Assembly (NCBI GenBank): GCA_963700285.1
Contig: CAVOXA010000022.1
Span: 160,001 to 224,000, forward strand
Source: an uncultured Chloroflexia bacterium
GTDB lineage: Bacteria > Chloroflexota > Anaerolineae > JAAYZQ01
DNA length: 64,000 bases
Direction of reading: 5' to 3'
How positions within the stretch are numbered: the first letter of the stretch is position 1; the number at the start of each line of letters is the position of its first letter. The notes beneath the pieces were generated by a model, which saw only the letters and a list, made by a program, of their open reading frames with translations, was not told the DNA's origin and made no database searches. This document shows positions 63,389 to 64,000 of the stretch, one piece after another. The translations under genes were made by a program, and so were the position numbers.

Positions 63389-64000
63389 TTATTCGCCTAC
63401 TACCTCGATCATCGGCGACGGCCTGACCTGGCAGGCGGGCAGAGATGCCTCCGCTTCGCCGCCGGCCTGACCCATGGCTTGTAGCTTGAGATGCAGGCCG
63501 CCACAGCCAGACACCGGGAGATTGATGGACCAATAACCATGGCCATCGACGCTGGCGGACAGGGGCTCGGATAGGCTGCCGTTGGCGTCAATCAGCCAAA
63601 GGCGGACCAGGGCGCTCACCGCCGGAAGGCCGCCGGGTGCTTGCACCTGGCCATAGGCCAGGAAGGGCAGTGGAGGCAATCCGGTTGCTGTGGTCGTAAC
63701 GTGGTACAGCGCTCCGGCATTGTCATCGACAGAGTTCCCCGAATGCACGCGAAAGTGGTAGGTCGTCTCTGGCTTGAGCCCGGTAAGGTCGACCTGATGC
63801 ACGTGGGAAACCAGGCCCGATCCTGTCGTGAGCGGGGCCGATGGGTCCTGATGCCTCGAGTTGCCCAGGGCCTCCGTCTCACCAAAGTCGATCCAGCCAG
63901 TGCTAGGACCGTCCGTGCGCCAGGTGACGCTAAAAGCCACGTCACGGCGGTTCGTGACGAGGATGTCAGAGATGGCAGGTGTGGCCAAGGGCTCCCTGGC
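63389..64000 (-). CDS. 3' part of an FN3/purple-acid-phosphatase-N-like domain protein (5' end outside window)
   Basis: ISDILVTN...SVTWRTD...H.V.LTGLKPETTYHFRV.SG. Confidence 0.75.
   Translation of the reverse strand, partial: AREPLATPAISDILVTNRRDVAFSVTWRTDGPSTGWIDFGETEALGNSRHQDPSAPLTTGSGLVSHVHQVDLTGLKPETTYHFRVHSGNSVDDNAGALYHVTTTATGLPPLPFLAYGQVQAPGGLPAVSALVRLWLIDANGSLSEPLSASVDGHGYWSINLPVSGCGGLHLKLQAMGQAGGEAEASLPACQVRPSPMIEVVGE

Overview
GC-rich bacterial DNA, most likely Chloroflexota (Anaerolineae-like); this is inferred from gene content, intergenic palindromes and the C-terminal motif below. No rRNA, tRNA or CRISPR array was seen. The window is dominated by large modular secreted proteins (ELWxxDGT, SBBP, DUF11, Ig/cadherin-like, InlB-B-like, M12B and M23 peptidases, cohesin/dockerin). 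Nine of them end in a shared [YFH]LPLxx(R/K/G) motif and a tenth probably does after indel correction, suggesting an uncharacterised C-terminal sorting signal. The most striking DNA structure is a REP-associated tyrosine transposase (RAYT, 48154-48747). It has a promoter-coupled 6x63-bp GTAG-REP array upstream and a ~2.4-kb array of 24 REP units (mostly 108-bp inverted REP doublets) downstream. The downstream array contains recombinant half-units and a degenerate distal unit. Also present: a TPR/STAND-like protein with three CARDB-like domains inserted inside a TPR repeat, a split BTAD-nSTAND1-WD40 regulator facing two small paralogous proteins, a candidate ~220-nt structured RNA, an IS1634-like element, a decayed terminase module, a chimeric gene fragment, transporters and several dispersed palindrome families. 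Many single-base frameshifts suggest long-read indel errors, so split genes should not be assumed to be pseudogenes. All family calls come from motifs read by eye; no database search was run.
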